This document shows positions 19,705 to 28,376 of a stretch of DNA of 62,534 nucleotides, one piece after another; the stretch's first letter is position 1, and each line of letters starts with the position of its first letter. A model generated the notes under the pieces. That model was given only the letters and a program-made list of their open reading frames with translations. It was not told the DNA's origin and did not search any database. The stretch lies in assembly GCA_013333625.2 (NCBI GenBank), contig JABCOL020000001.1, forward strand, positions 1-62,534. Direction: 5' to 3'. This DNA is from Candidatus Saccharimonadota bacterium. Lineage in GTDB: Bacteria > Patescibacteriota > Saccharimonadia > Saccharimonadales > Saccharimonadaceae. The translations under genes and the position numbers were made by a program.

Positions 19705-20566
19705 AATATCCTCCTGCATCTTGTTGTGATTCTGAATGCGCCAAATCAGCCAGCGCCGTAGCCGCCTGATCGCTTGATGGCGCTACGCCGTGCCACTTGT
19801 AATCGTATTCCATAAAGCCAACACCGCGGCCTGGAATCGTATGCGCGATAATGCAGCACGGCCGATTCTCGATCGCCTTGGCTAAGTTTACTGCGTCGAT
19901 GATGCCTTCAATATTATTGCCGTCGATTTCTTGGACGTGCCAGCCAAAACTTTCCCACTTGCCGCGTAAATCTTCCAGCGGCATGACATCTTCGGTCGGG
20001 CCATCAATCTGAATGTTGTTGCGGTCAATGAAGAGGATTAACTGGCGTAGTTTATACTTACCGGCAAACATCGCCGACTCCCAGATATTACCTTCATCAA
20101 GTTCGCCGTCACCGGCAATCGCGTACACCCAGCGGTGGCGCTGCTTATCCAGATACTGCAACGCATACGCGTAACCCGCCGCTTGCCCGATACCGCTGCC
20201 TAGCGGCCCGGAAGTATTCTCGAGCCCTGGCAACTTGACGCGCTCTGGGTGGCCCTGCAGGCGCGAACCGAGTTTGCGCAAAGTCGACAGCTCCTCGACT
20301 GGGAAGTATCCTGCCTCGGCCATAGCCGCGTATTGTACTGGCACTGTGTGGCCATTACTCAACATGAAGATATCGCGCTCTGGCCATTCAGGGTTCTGCG
20401 GATCGATATTCATAATATTGAAATATAGTGCCGTGACGATATCCGCCAGCCCCAGCGCACCGCCTGGGTGCCCGCTCTTGGCTAGCTCTAGCATATGAAC
20501 TACGTCGCGCCGCACGTCGTTGGCTTTTATTTTGAGCTGTGGAATAGATAATTTTTCGCGAGCCAC
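19697..20566 (-). CDS. Transketolase N-terminal subunit
   Basis: SGHPGG, LSNGH, LQGHP, TPP motif GDGELDEG...DRN. Confidence 0.93.
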   Translation of the reverse strand: MAREKLSIPQLKIKANDVRRDVVHMLELAKSGHPGGALGLADIVTALYFNIMNIDPQNPEWPERDIFMLSNGHTVPVQYAAMAEAGYFPVEELSTLRKLGSRLQGHPERVKLPGLENTSGPLGSGIGQAAGYAYALQYLDKQRHRWVYAIAGDGELDEGNIWESAMFAGKYKLRQLILFIDRNNIQIDGPTEDVMPLEDLRGKWESFGWHVQEIDGNNIEGIIDAVNLAKAIENRPCCIIAHTIPGRGVGFMEYDYKWHGVAPSSDQAATALADLAHSESQQDAGGYYE

Positions 20567-21211
20567 CTAAATTACTCCTTGCTTATTAACTTCTGCTACT
20601 AATTTCTGATAAGCTTCTGCCGGATCTGGCGCCGAATGGATAGCACTGCCGCAGTTGACGATATTAACGCCGCCTTGCGCCAGGCTAAAAACATTTTCAA
20701 GCGTCGCGCCACCATCCCAGCCGACTTCAACGCTAGGATGAATACTGCGAATCAAGCGAACCTTTTCCAGCTGCATCAAGCTAGCCTTGCCGCCGTAGTG
20801 GCCCAAATCACCGCTAAACACCAGTACATGATCAACTGCGCTGATGACGTCTTTGACGGTATTTGGCACCGTCGGGCGCAACAATCCCACGCCAGTCTGA
20901 ATACCCGAAGCTTTGAGCTGCTGGATAGACGGCTGCAAATCCTCATCAACTTCGGCATGAAAAATCACCAGCGACGGCCGCATTTGCACCAAAGCATCAA
21001 CATACAAACTCGGCCGCGCCACCATAGCATGTATATCAACCTGCCAGTCTTGCGGCCACCACATCTCGCTCAGCTCGACGGTTTTGGTCGGTGCAAATTC
21101 GCCATCAGCCAAATCTAGATGAACACGCTTAGCGAACGGTGATAAACGCTCAATCGTTAGTTTGTAATCTTCTGCATTTTCGCAGAGCACTGTCGGGACA
21201 ATCTCGGCCAT
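20567..21211 (-). CDS. rpe: Ribulose-phosphate 3-epimerase
   Basis: HLDLADGEF, DIHAM, WDGG; start overlaps rpiB stop. Confidence 0.85.
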   Translation of the reverse strand: MAEIVPTVLCENAEDYKLTIERLSPFAKRVHLDLADGEFAPTKTVELSEMWWPQDWQVDIHAMVARPSLYVDALVQMRPSLVIFHAEVDEDLQPSIQQLKASGIQTGVGLLRPTVPNTVKDVISAVDHVLVFSGDLGHYGGKASLMQLEKVRLIRSIHPSVEVGWDGGATLENVFSLAQGGVNIVNCGSAIHSAPDPAEAYQKLVAEVNKQGVI

Positions 21212-21672
21212 CAGAAAGCATCCAATTCTGCGTTGCGGCGAACAAACCGCGCCGCGCCGGCAAATGGCGTAGCGATCCACTCGTCAATAATTTCTTTCCA
21301 GAGTTCTAAGTCGTCGCCCGGAGCGTCCAGTACTCGCGCCGGCAAGCATAGGACGTTACAGTCGTTATCGTTACGGCACTCATGAGCTTCGAACTTATCC
21401 CAAATCACCGCCGCCCGAATACCGCGAAAACGGTTAGCTGCCATTGCCATACCCTGGCCGCCAGTGCAAACCAGAATCGCCCGCGGACCAGTAGAATCGT
21501 CCTCACCCAACACCTTGGTCACGGCCATTTGAGCAAACTGCGGGAAGTCGTCCTGCGGATCGAGTATCTTGTCGCCGACATCCTCCCACTCGATGCCGCG
21601 CTTGGTCAGATAAGCTTCAATCTTCTCCTTCAGATAAAACCCACCATGATCCGCTCCTAGAAAAATCTTCAT
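21211..21672 (-). CDS. rpiB: Ribose-5-phosphate isomerase B
   Basis: GADHGG, CTGGQG, ANRFRGIRAA, NDCNVLCL. Confidence 0.9.
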   Translation of the reverse strand: MKIFLGADHGGFYLKEKIEAYLTKRGIEWEDVGDKILDPQDDFPQFAQMAVTKVLGEDDSTGPRAILVCTGGQGMAMAANRFRGIRAAVIWDKFEAHECRNDNDCNVLCLPARVLDAPGDDLELWKEIIDEWIATPFAGAARFVRRNAELDAF

Positions 21673-21752
21673 ACTACAAGTATAAGCATAATACGCGCCC
21701 CTGGCAAGCCCTGTTAGAGTAGGATTTTGTTAATCCTATCATAAGAGTAAGC

Positions 21753-22748
21753 TTACTGCACATTCCGCGCATACCGTCCAGTTTCAGCCGCCAACTCGAC
21801 CAAGCGGTTGGCGCTGGCCCACTCGCCATCGTACCAGGCCGACACTTGCGCCAGCCGCTCGCCGACAACGGCAGTTAGCCCTGCATCAACTGTCGAGCTG
21901 TAGCTATTGCCGCGAAAATCTTCGGCTACCAGCTCTTTATCGGTAACTGCCAAAATACCGTTGCATAGCGGTTCGCGGGCAGCATGCGTTAAAATCTCGT
22001 TTATTTTCTTGGCCGCGATTGATTCGCGCAGCAGTAGCGAAACCGTTGATAGACCAACGTTACCGTACTGGCGGCTGCTAACTGCAAGCCCGCTTACCGC
22101 GCTCGCAACATTTGGCAAAACTGCCTGCAATCGCTGGCCGTAATCAGCCGCCATCGCCACCAAGTCGCTGTCACCCAGACGCTCAGTCTTTAATAGCGAA
22201 CCAGCAAAATGATAACTGCCAGCCGCCGTAATCGTTGCCGCCTCGACGCCAACCGCTTGATCAAGCGCTGCAATGACCAGTGCTACCGAGCTAATCGCCG
22301 CATCACCGCTGCAGACAATATCCGTCGAGGCGTTAACCAATCCGTCATTGACGCCCATGACGATCGTCGCAAAATCAGCGCACTGCGACAACGACGCCAC
22401 GCGCCGAGCACCAGCCGTCCGATGGCGGCGCAGCTCAGCAGCATCAGTCTGACATCCAGCATCAATCAAAACATCAACACCGAGATCACCCCACGGTAAT
22501 TTGGTTGTCCGCTTGTCGCTTATGATAGGAATAATCCGGTCGCCTACATATAGCGACGCGTCGCCAGTGCCAATCGCCTTGGCATAATGGCCATAAATCG
22601 AGTCGTGCTTCAGCAGATAAGCGCACTGCTCGGCGCTCAGATGCGTACGAATAGCCGCTATTTCGATATCTGAACGGCTCTGCGCAATTTTGAAAACACT
22701 GCGGCCAACCCGGCAAAAACCGTTAATCGCTACATTTATCTTCACCAT
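21753..22748 (-). CDS. GAPDH homologue with degenerate catalytic residues
   Basis: INGFCRVGR, YLLKHDSIYG, LPWGDLGVD, VMGVN, WYDGEW; the ASCTTNCL motif is replaced by GDAAISSV. Confidence 0.85.
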   Translation of the reverse strand: MVKINVAINGFCRVGRSVFKIAQSRSDIEIAAIRTHLSAEQCAYLLKHDSIYGHYAKAIGTGDASLYVGDRIIPIISDKRTTKLPWGDLGVDVLIDAGCQTDAAELRRHRTAGARRVASLSQCADFATIVMGVNDGLVNASTDIVCSGDAAISSVALVIAALDQAVGVEAATITAAGSYHFAGSLLKTERLGDSDLVAMAADYGQRLQAVLPNVASAVSGLAVSSRQYGNVGLSTVSLLLRESIAAKKINEILTHAAREPLCNGILAVTDKELVAEDFRGNSYSSTVDAGLTAVVGERLAQVSAWYDGEWASANRLVELAAETGRYARNVQ

Positions 22749-22828
22749 GCCCACTCCTTGATTAAGCCATCTTTGCTAATATTTTAGCAAAAGCGCAATA
22801 GCTTTGGCAAATTTGCTATAATAAGGCT

Positions 22829-24355
22829 ATGAACGAGGTCGAGCTGGTTAGTCTGGCTAGAAGCCATTACAGTGAAGAGCAGGTCGCATTGTTAGAAAAA
22901 GCAATCCATTATGCTACCGATAAACACGACGGGCAACTGCGTAAAAGCGGCGAGCCGTACATCACTCACCCGCTGCAAGTCGCTGCTATGCTAATCGACT
23001 GGGGCATGGATATTGATTCGGTGATTGCTGGCGTACTGCACGACACGGTCGAGGATACTGATGCTACGCTAGAGGAAATCACCGAGCTATTCGGCCGAGA
23101 TATTGCTTTTCTGGTTGACGGTGTCACCAAGGTTAGCCAAGCCCGCGCCGGCATGAAAAACCTCGAATCGTATTTGCCGAGCACTACCGATAACTTGACA
23201 AAGCTGCTCATCGCTGTCGGCCAAGACGTGCGAGTGATCATCATCAAGCTGGCCGACCGCCTGCATAATATGCAAACTTTGCAATTCAAAAGCTCGGAAA
23301 AGCAGAAGAAAATCGCTCGCGAGACACTGGACGTTTTCGCACCGTTAGCCGATCGGTTAAATATGGGGCGACTGCGCGTACAGCTCGAGGAATTGAGCTT
23401 CAAATATTTAATGCCCGAGGAATACAACCAAACTGTCGCCCTCAAGGATAGCCGCTTAAAGAAATCTCAACGCAAGCTAGATGCCGTTCGCCGCGCTGTC
23501 GATTCGCGCCTCAGCGACGAGAAAATCCAGCACCAAATCGACGGCCGCGTCAAGAGCACCTACAGCCTGTATAAGAAGATGAAGCGCGTCCCCAATATCG
23601 ACGATATCTACGATTTGATCGCGCTGAGAATTATCGTTGACGATATCGACACTTGCTATCTGGTACTCAACGAACTGCACAATATGTACGAGCCGATGGT
23701 TGGGCGAATCAAAGATTACATATCGAAGCCTAAGCCCAACGGCTACCAATCACTGCACACTACGGTGGTTACTAAAAACGGCCAAGCGGTCGAATTCCAG
23801 ATCCGCACCCGCGAGATGCACGATTACGCTGAACGCGGACTGGCAGCCAGTTTTCATTATAATGAGCAAAAGCTAACTGACGCTTATATCAAGGGCAAAA
23901 TGACCAGCCTGCCGACAGATTTGCACTGGATTAAGCATTTGCAGTCGGCAGCATCGATGATTCGCGAAGGTAAAGATTTCGACGTTGATAATTTGAAGGT
24001 CGATTTGTTCGGCGATCGGATTTTTATTTATTCGCCAAAGGGTGATATTTACGACCTGCCAGACGGCGCTTTCCCGTTAGATTTTGCCTACCGCGTGCAC
24101 TCTGATCTAGCCGCTAAATCAAGCGGATTTCTAGTAAACGGCAAGATGGAACCATTCAGCTACAAATTGCAGCACGGTGATACCGTCGAGATTCTCACTA
24201 ACAAGCGCGCTCGCCCAAAGCCCGGCTGGAACGAATATGTCATCACTGGACACGCCCGTATGAAGCTCAAGGCCCAGCTCAAAAAAACCTCGCTACTAGG
24301 CCGCGCTGGCAGCCTATTGCAGCGCACAGCACCGTTTCGTCGCAACAAAAAATAG
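22829..24355 (+). CDS. RelA/SpoT homologue (HD + synthetase + TGS, no ACT)
   Basis: RKSGEPYITHP, LHDTVED, KLADRLHN, YQSLHT, EFQIRT, DFAYRVHS. Confidence 0.93.
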   Translation: MNEVELVSLARSHYSEEQVALLEKAIHYATDKHDGQLRKSGEPYITHPLQVAAMLIDWGMDIDSVIAGVLHDTVEDTDATLEEITELFGRDIAFLVDGVTKVSQARAGMKNLESYLPSTTDNLTKLLIAVGQDVRVIIIKLADRLHNMQTLQFKSSEKQKKIARETLDVFAPLADRLNMGRLRVQLEELSFKYLMPEEYNQTVALKDSRLKKSQRKLDAVRRAVDSRLSDEKIQHQIDGRVKSTYSLYKKMKRVPNIDDIYDLIALRIIVDDIDTCYLVLNELHNMYEPMVGRIKDYISKPKPNGYQSLHTTVVTKNGQAVEFQIRTREMHDYAERGLAASFHYNEQKLTDAYIKGKMTSLPTDLHWIKHLQSAASMIREGKDFDVDNLKVDLFGDRIFIYSPKGDIYDLPDGAFPLDFAYRVHSDLAAKSSGFLVNGKMEPFSYKLQHGDTVEILTNKRARPKPGWNEYVITGHARMKLKAQLKKTSLLGRAGSLLQRTAPFRRNKK

Positions 24356-24367
24356 CGGCCAAAACGA

Positions 24368-24394
24368 AAATAGCCAGACAAATTCTGGCTATTT
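24368..24394. terminator. Bidirectional intrinsic terminator
   Basis: AAATAGCCAGA/TCTGGCTATTT inverted repeat between convergent genes. Confidence 0.75.
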
Positions 24395-24426
24395 CGCTAG
24401 GTTTTGCAACTAAAAGTTTATTCTAT

Positions 24427-25041
24427 TTATGCCTGCGGCGGCTGCTGAGGCGGCTGCGGCTGTCCGCCTTCAGCTACCGGCGGTTGCGGCTGGGCAACCG
24501 TTGCAGCTGGTTGTTGCGGTTGAGCGTATGGCTGCGGTTGTTGAGCATAGGCTACCGGCTGCTGCGGTTGTCCGTAAGCTGGCTGCGGTGCGTAATACCC
24601 AGGCTGCGGCGGCTGGCCGTAGACAGGTTGCTGCTGCACAACCGGACCAACATAGCGACTTGAACCAAACGCCAAAATCGGGTTCATGATCGCCGGGAAG
24701 AAGATCATCAAAACGCCAAAACCAGTCGTTTTGCCGAACGATTTTGCTAAATCTAGCGGCAACACGATCGAAATGTATATATGGGCAAACGGCAAGAACA
24801 TCAGTACGACTTGCCACTCTGGCCGGCCGACAATCTGCATCATTACTACCATGTTGTATATTGGCACTAATGACGCCCAGCCTGGCTTGCCAGCCTTGGT
24901 AAAGATTCGCCACATGGCGATAATCATTAGTATGGAAACTGCCATTACAATTAAGATGACAAACAGCCAAATTACAACTGCAACCGCACCGACATCGCTG
25001 CTAGCCGCATAAGTCGAAGTTGAATAATCATAATAATCCAT
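24427..25041 (-). CDS. DUF5684-like membrane protein with Gln/Pro-rich tail
   Basis: WRIFTKAGKPGWASLVPIYN, LAKSFGK; QQPVYGQPPQP repeats. Confidence 0.85.
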   Translation of the reverse strand: MDYYDYSTSTYAASSDVGAVAVVIWLFVILIVMAVSILMIIAMWRIFTKAGKPGWASLVPIYNMVVMMQIVGRPEWQVVLMFLPFAHIYISIVLPLDLAKSFGKTTGFGVLMIFFPAIMNPILAFGSSRYVGPVVQQQPVYGQPPQPGYYAPQPAYGQPQQPVAYAQQPQPYAQPQQPAATVAQPQPPVAEGGQPQPPQQPPQA

Positions 25042-25062
25042 AATTTACTCCGTTTAAGTTTA

Positions 25063-25587
25063 TTACTGATTATTATAGCGGTCAATGCACTGTTTGACAA
25101 TCGCCTTAGCTTCCTCGACATCGCCCCAGCCCTTGACGATAGTACTGCCTGGCTTCTTGAGGTCTTTGTAATGAGTGAAGTGATGTTCAAGCTGCTTAAC
25201 CAGCTGCGGAATGTCGTCGAGCGAGCTAATACGATCGTCGTCGCGATTATCAGCCGGCACCACGACTACTTTGTCGTCGACTTCGCCGTCATCTTCGAAG
25301 CGCAGCACGCCAATAATCCGCGCCTCCAACCACACGCCAGTCGTTAGCGGCTCTGGGCAAATAATCAACGTATCCAGCTCGTCCCCATCCTCGTCAAGCG
25401 TCTGCGGAATAAAGCCGTAATTACACGGCTTAGCAAAGATTTTCGGCTCGACGCGGTCCAGCATAAAGGCCGCCCGCTGCCGATCCCATTCGACTTTCAG
25501 GCGCGACCCTTCGGGGATTTCTACCACCGTATTGACCAGTCCGCCATCGACATCTCCCGGGTCAAGAACTTTATTAAAATCTGCCAT
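25063..25587 (-). CDS. ppa: Soluble inorganic pyrophosphatase (family I)
   Basis: VEIPEGS, NYGFIPQTLDEDGDELD, DDKVV, FTHYKDL. Confidence 0.95.
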   Translation of the reverse strand: MADFNKVLDPGDVDGGLVNTVVEIPEGSRLKVEWDRQRAAFMLDRVEPKIFAKPCNYGFIPQTLDEDGDELDTLIICPEPLTTGVWLEARIIGVLRFEDDGEVDDKVVVVPADNRDDDRISSLDDIPQLVKQLEHHFTHYKDLKKPGSTIVKGWGDVEEAKAIVKQCIDRYNNQ

Positions 25588-25659
25588 ATTGCTCCTTTGC
25601 TTACAGTTACTACCTATATAGTATCAGTTTTTTACGCTATAGAGTATACTAATAGAGAT

Positions 25660-26664
25660 ATGAGTAAGAAAAAGAGTCCGACGCTATTGACAGCAGAAGA
25701 CTATATGTCGGATTTAGCAGTTAAAATTGATAACGCCAAGCAGCGCGTCAATATGGTAGCGACCACCTTTCGCGCCGACGACAAGCGCACCGAAGCCGTA
25801 ATCGCTGCCGTCGAGCGCGCAGCGGCTGAACGCGGCGTGCCAGCCTCGGTTTGTGCTGATTCATTCACTTATCTCGAACCGAAGGAATTCATTCTGCGTT
25901 CGCCGCGCCGCCAGCCATCGCGCGCCGTTCACGCCATGAAATTAGAACGGCGGCTAAAAAAAGCAGGCGTGGCTTTTCGCTGGCTCGGTCAAAAGGCCAA
26001 TATGCTAATGACTGGCCGCACTCATAGCAAGTGGTCGATTGTTGACGACATAGTCTACGCTTGCGGCGGCGTCAATATGGACCACGAGAGCCTAGCTAAC
26101 GTTGATTACATGTTCCGATTTGATAATAAAGTATTAGCGGATAAACTATCTAACGAGCAATACCTTATCGCTCGCGCCGACAAGCGCGGCGGCTCGATTC
26201 GCAATTCAATGTTTGGCCTCGACGAACACTCGACTGTCCTGGTTGATCAGGGCTTGCCAACTAATTCTCTCATTTACAAGCGCGCCTGCGACCTAGCCGA
26301 ACAAGCTGAAAACATCGTACTAGTATCGCAGTATTGCCCGACCGGCAAACTCAACCGCATTCTCAAGCGCAAAAATGCCAAATTGTATTTCAATAATTGG
26401 CGTACCGCCTCGCCGATCAATAAACTTCTCATCAAACTCGGCACCTTAACCAGCCGGCAGCAAACCCTATATCAGCATCCGCAATATCTGCACGCCAAAT
26501 TCATTGTTTTCACGATGCCTGACGGCTCGAAAATAGCACTATCAGGGTCGCATAATTTCATGCGCGGCTCTGGCATCATGGGCACGCGCGAAATCGCCCT
26601 CGAGACTAGCGATCCGGCCATCATTAAACAACTCGAAGCTTTCCGCAAGAAATACGTCGAATAA
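25660..26664 (+). CDS. Phospholipase D superfamily protein
   Basis: HSKWSIVD...GGVN and HAKFIVFT...GSHN; start at MSKKK. Confidence 0.82.
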   Translation: MSKKKSPTLLTAEDYMSDLAVKIDNAKQRVNMVATTFRADDKRTEAVIAAVERAAAERGVPASVCADSFTYLEPKEFILRSPRRQPSRAVHAMKLERRLKKAGVAFRWLGQKANMLMTGRTHSKWSIVDDIVYACGGVNMDHESLANVDYMFRFDNKVLADKLSNEQYLIARADKRGGSIRNSMFGLDEHSTVLVDQGLPTNSLIYKRACDLAEQAENIVLVSQYCPTGKLNRILKRKNAKLYFNNWRTASPINKLLIKLGTLTSRQQTLYQHPQYLHAKFIVFTMPDGSKIALSGSHNFMRGSGIMGTREIALETSDPAIIKQLEAFRKKYVE

Positions 26665-26685
26665 TACCAATATCCGACGTCGAAA

Positions 26686-27621
26686 CTATTCCGCCTTCAC
26701 ACCTTCTAAATACTCGCGGATACTTAGTGCCGCCGTTGCCCCCTCGCCGACAGCACTAGCCACCTGCATGGTAGCGCCGCTGCGGACATCGCCGCTAGCA
26801 AATACGCCCGGCAAAGCCGTCGCCAAATGGTCGTCAGTTTTGATGAAGCCGTACTCATCAAGCTCAACGCCGCTATCCGCCAAAAACTGCGTATTCGGCT
26901 TCAAGCCGATGAAAACGAACACGCCGTCAGCCTCGAAAGTCGTTTCTGCGCCGTCTTCAAGCGCCCGCACCGCCGCCACCGCGCCGTCCTCGCCGACGAT
27001 TTCTTGCGCTACTGTTTGCAAATGTACGGTAATTTTGCCATTATCAATGTATTTCTGCAAATCGTCCTGTAGAGTCTTGCTGGCCTTTACGGAACTTCGC
27101 ACCAGCAAATCAATATGCTCGGCAAAACGCGTCAAAAACATCGCTTCCTGCACACCAGAATTGCCGCCACCAACAACGACTAACCTTTTACCTTTATAAA
27201 AAGCACCATCGCAAGTCGCACAATAATGCACGCCGCGGCCATAAAATTCTGCCTCGCCAGGAATACCAAGTTTCTTATAACCGCTGCCTGTAGCAATCAG
27301 TACAGCGCGAGCTTTAACCTCTTGACCGTCAACTGTCAAAATATTAACGCTATCCTGATGGCGCAGCGCCGAAACGTCGCCGTAATCAATCTTGGCGCCA
27401 AAGCGTTCAGCTTGCTTGCGCAAATTATCTGCTAATTCCATACCTGGAACGCCATCGGGAAAACCAGGATAGTTGTCGATTTTATCGGTAATTGCTGCTA
27501 GACCGCCAACAACGCCCTTCTCGTAAAGAGTAGTGTCAATACCTTCGCGCGTAGTATAAATCGCTGCCGCTAGAGCACTCGGGCCAGCGCCAATCATCAC
27601 CACAGGCTTAATATCTTCCAT
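26686..27621 (-). CDS. trxB: Thioredoxin reductase
   Basis: GAGPS, CATCDG redox motif, GGGNSG, GVFASGD. Confidence 0.95.
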   Translation of the reverse strand: MEDIKPVVMIGAGPSALAAAIYTTREGIDTTLYEKGVVGGLAAITDKIDNYPGFPDGVPGMELADNLRKQAERFGAKIDYGDVSALRHQDSVNILTVDGQEVKARAVLIATGSGYKKLGIPGEAEFYGRGVHYCATCDGAFYKGKRLVVVGGGNSGVQEAMFLTRFAEHIDLLVRSSVKASKTLQDDLQKYIDNGKITVHLQTVAQEIVGEDGAVAAVRALEDGAETTFEADGVFVFIGLKPNTQFLADSGVELDEYGFIKTDDHLATALPGVFASGDVRSGATMQVASAVGEGATAALSIREYLEGVKAE

Positions 27622-27639
27622 GCAGATTTCCTCCTTGTC

Positions 27640-28329
27640 TTACTGCGCTCGTTGAGCTTCTTGGTATGCATTCATTAATTTCGTCATATCTGGTTGGCTA
27701 ATCGTTTCTGGCGCTGGAATCGCCATAACGACGAATTTCAATGGCATGTTCGGCGCGATAATTTGCTTGCCGTTAGAGTCTTTGCTGCCAGCCTCGCCGT
27801 AAGCTTTGTCCGCGGGAATAGACAGCAGCCGCACGCCGCCGACTTTCATTCCTTTCAAGCCTTCTTTCCAGCCGTTAATTATACCAGCCGTACTCAACCC
27901 GCTTACTGGCAACGGCGTTTTCAGCTTATTATTATCAATGCTCTGATCAAAGATATCACCATTTGCATCCCAGCCAATATAATAAGCCGCAAAATTAGTT
28001 TTATCGTCTACCAATGCGCCATCGCCCTCTGTTAGGTCTTCGGTTGCTAGCGATTTGACGCTATCGATTTCGAACTTTGCAACTTGGCTAGAATACTGTT
28101 TGAACGTCTCATAATATTTAGCTGACAGCTTGTCGGCTTGCGCTTGTTTTTTTTGTTCGTAAGCAGTTTGCTCTTTTTTATACTCGCTTAGAACTTTTTG
28201 GTAGTCCGCCTGAGCTTGCTTGTTTGACTGCATTGATAAAATCATCACTGCGAATGATCCTAGCGTACCTAGAACGGTCGCGACTACAATAATCAAAATG
28301 CCAGCACGTTGCTTCTTTGACGTTGCCAT
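27640..28329 (-). CDS. Membrane-anchored FKBP-type peptidyl-prolyl isomerase
   Basis: IINGWKEGLKGMKVGGVRLLSIPADKAYG; N-terminal TM. Confidence 0.9.
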   Translation of the reverse strand: MATSKKQRAGILIIVVATVLGTLGSFAVMILSMQSNKQAQADYQKVLSEYKKEQTAYEQKKQAQADKLSAKYYETFKQYSSQVAKFEIDSVKSLATEDLTEGDGALVDDKTNFAAYYIGWDANGDIFDQSIDNNKLKTPLPVSGLSTAGIINGWKEGLKGMKVGGVRLLSIPADKAYGEAGSKDSNGKQIIAPNMPLKFVVMAIPAPETISQPDMTKLMNAYQEAQRAQ

Positions 28330-28376
28330 TATTTCCCCTCTCTAGTTTATCTTTTCATTATAGCATAAAATCTCGA

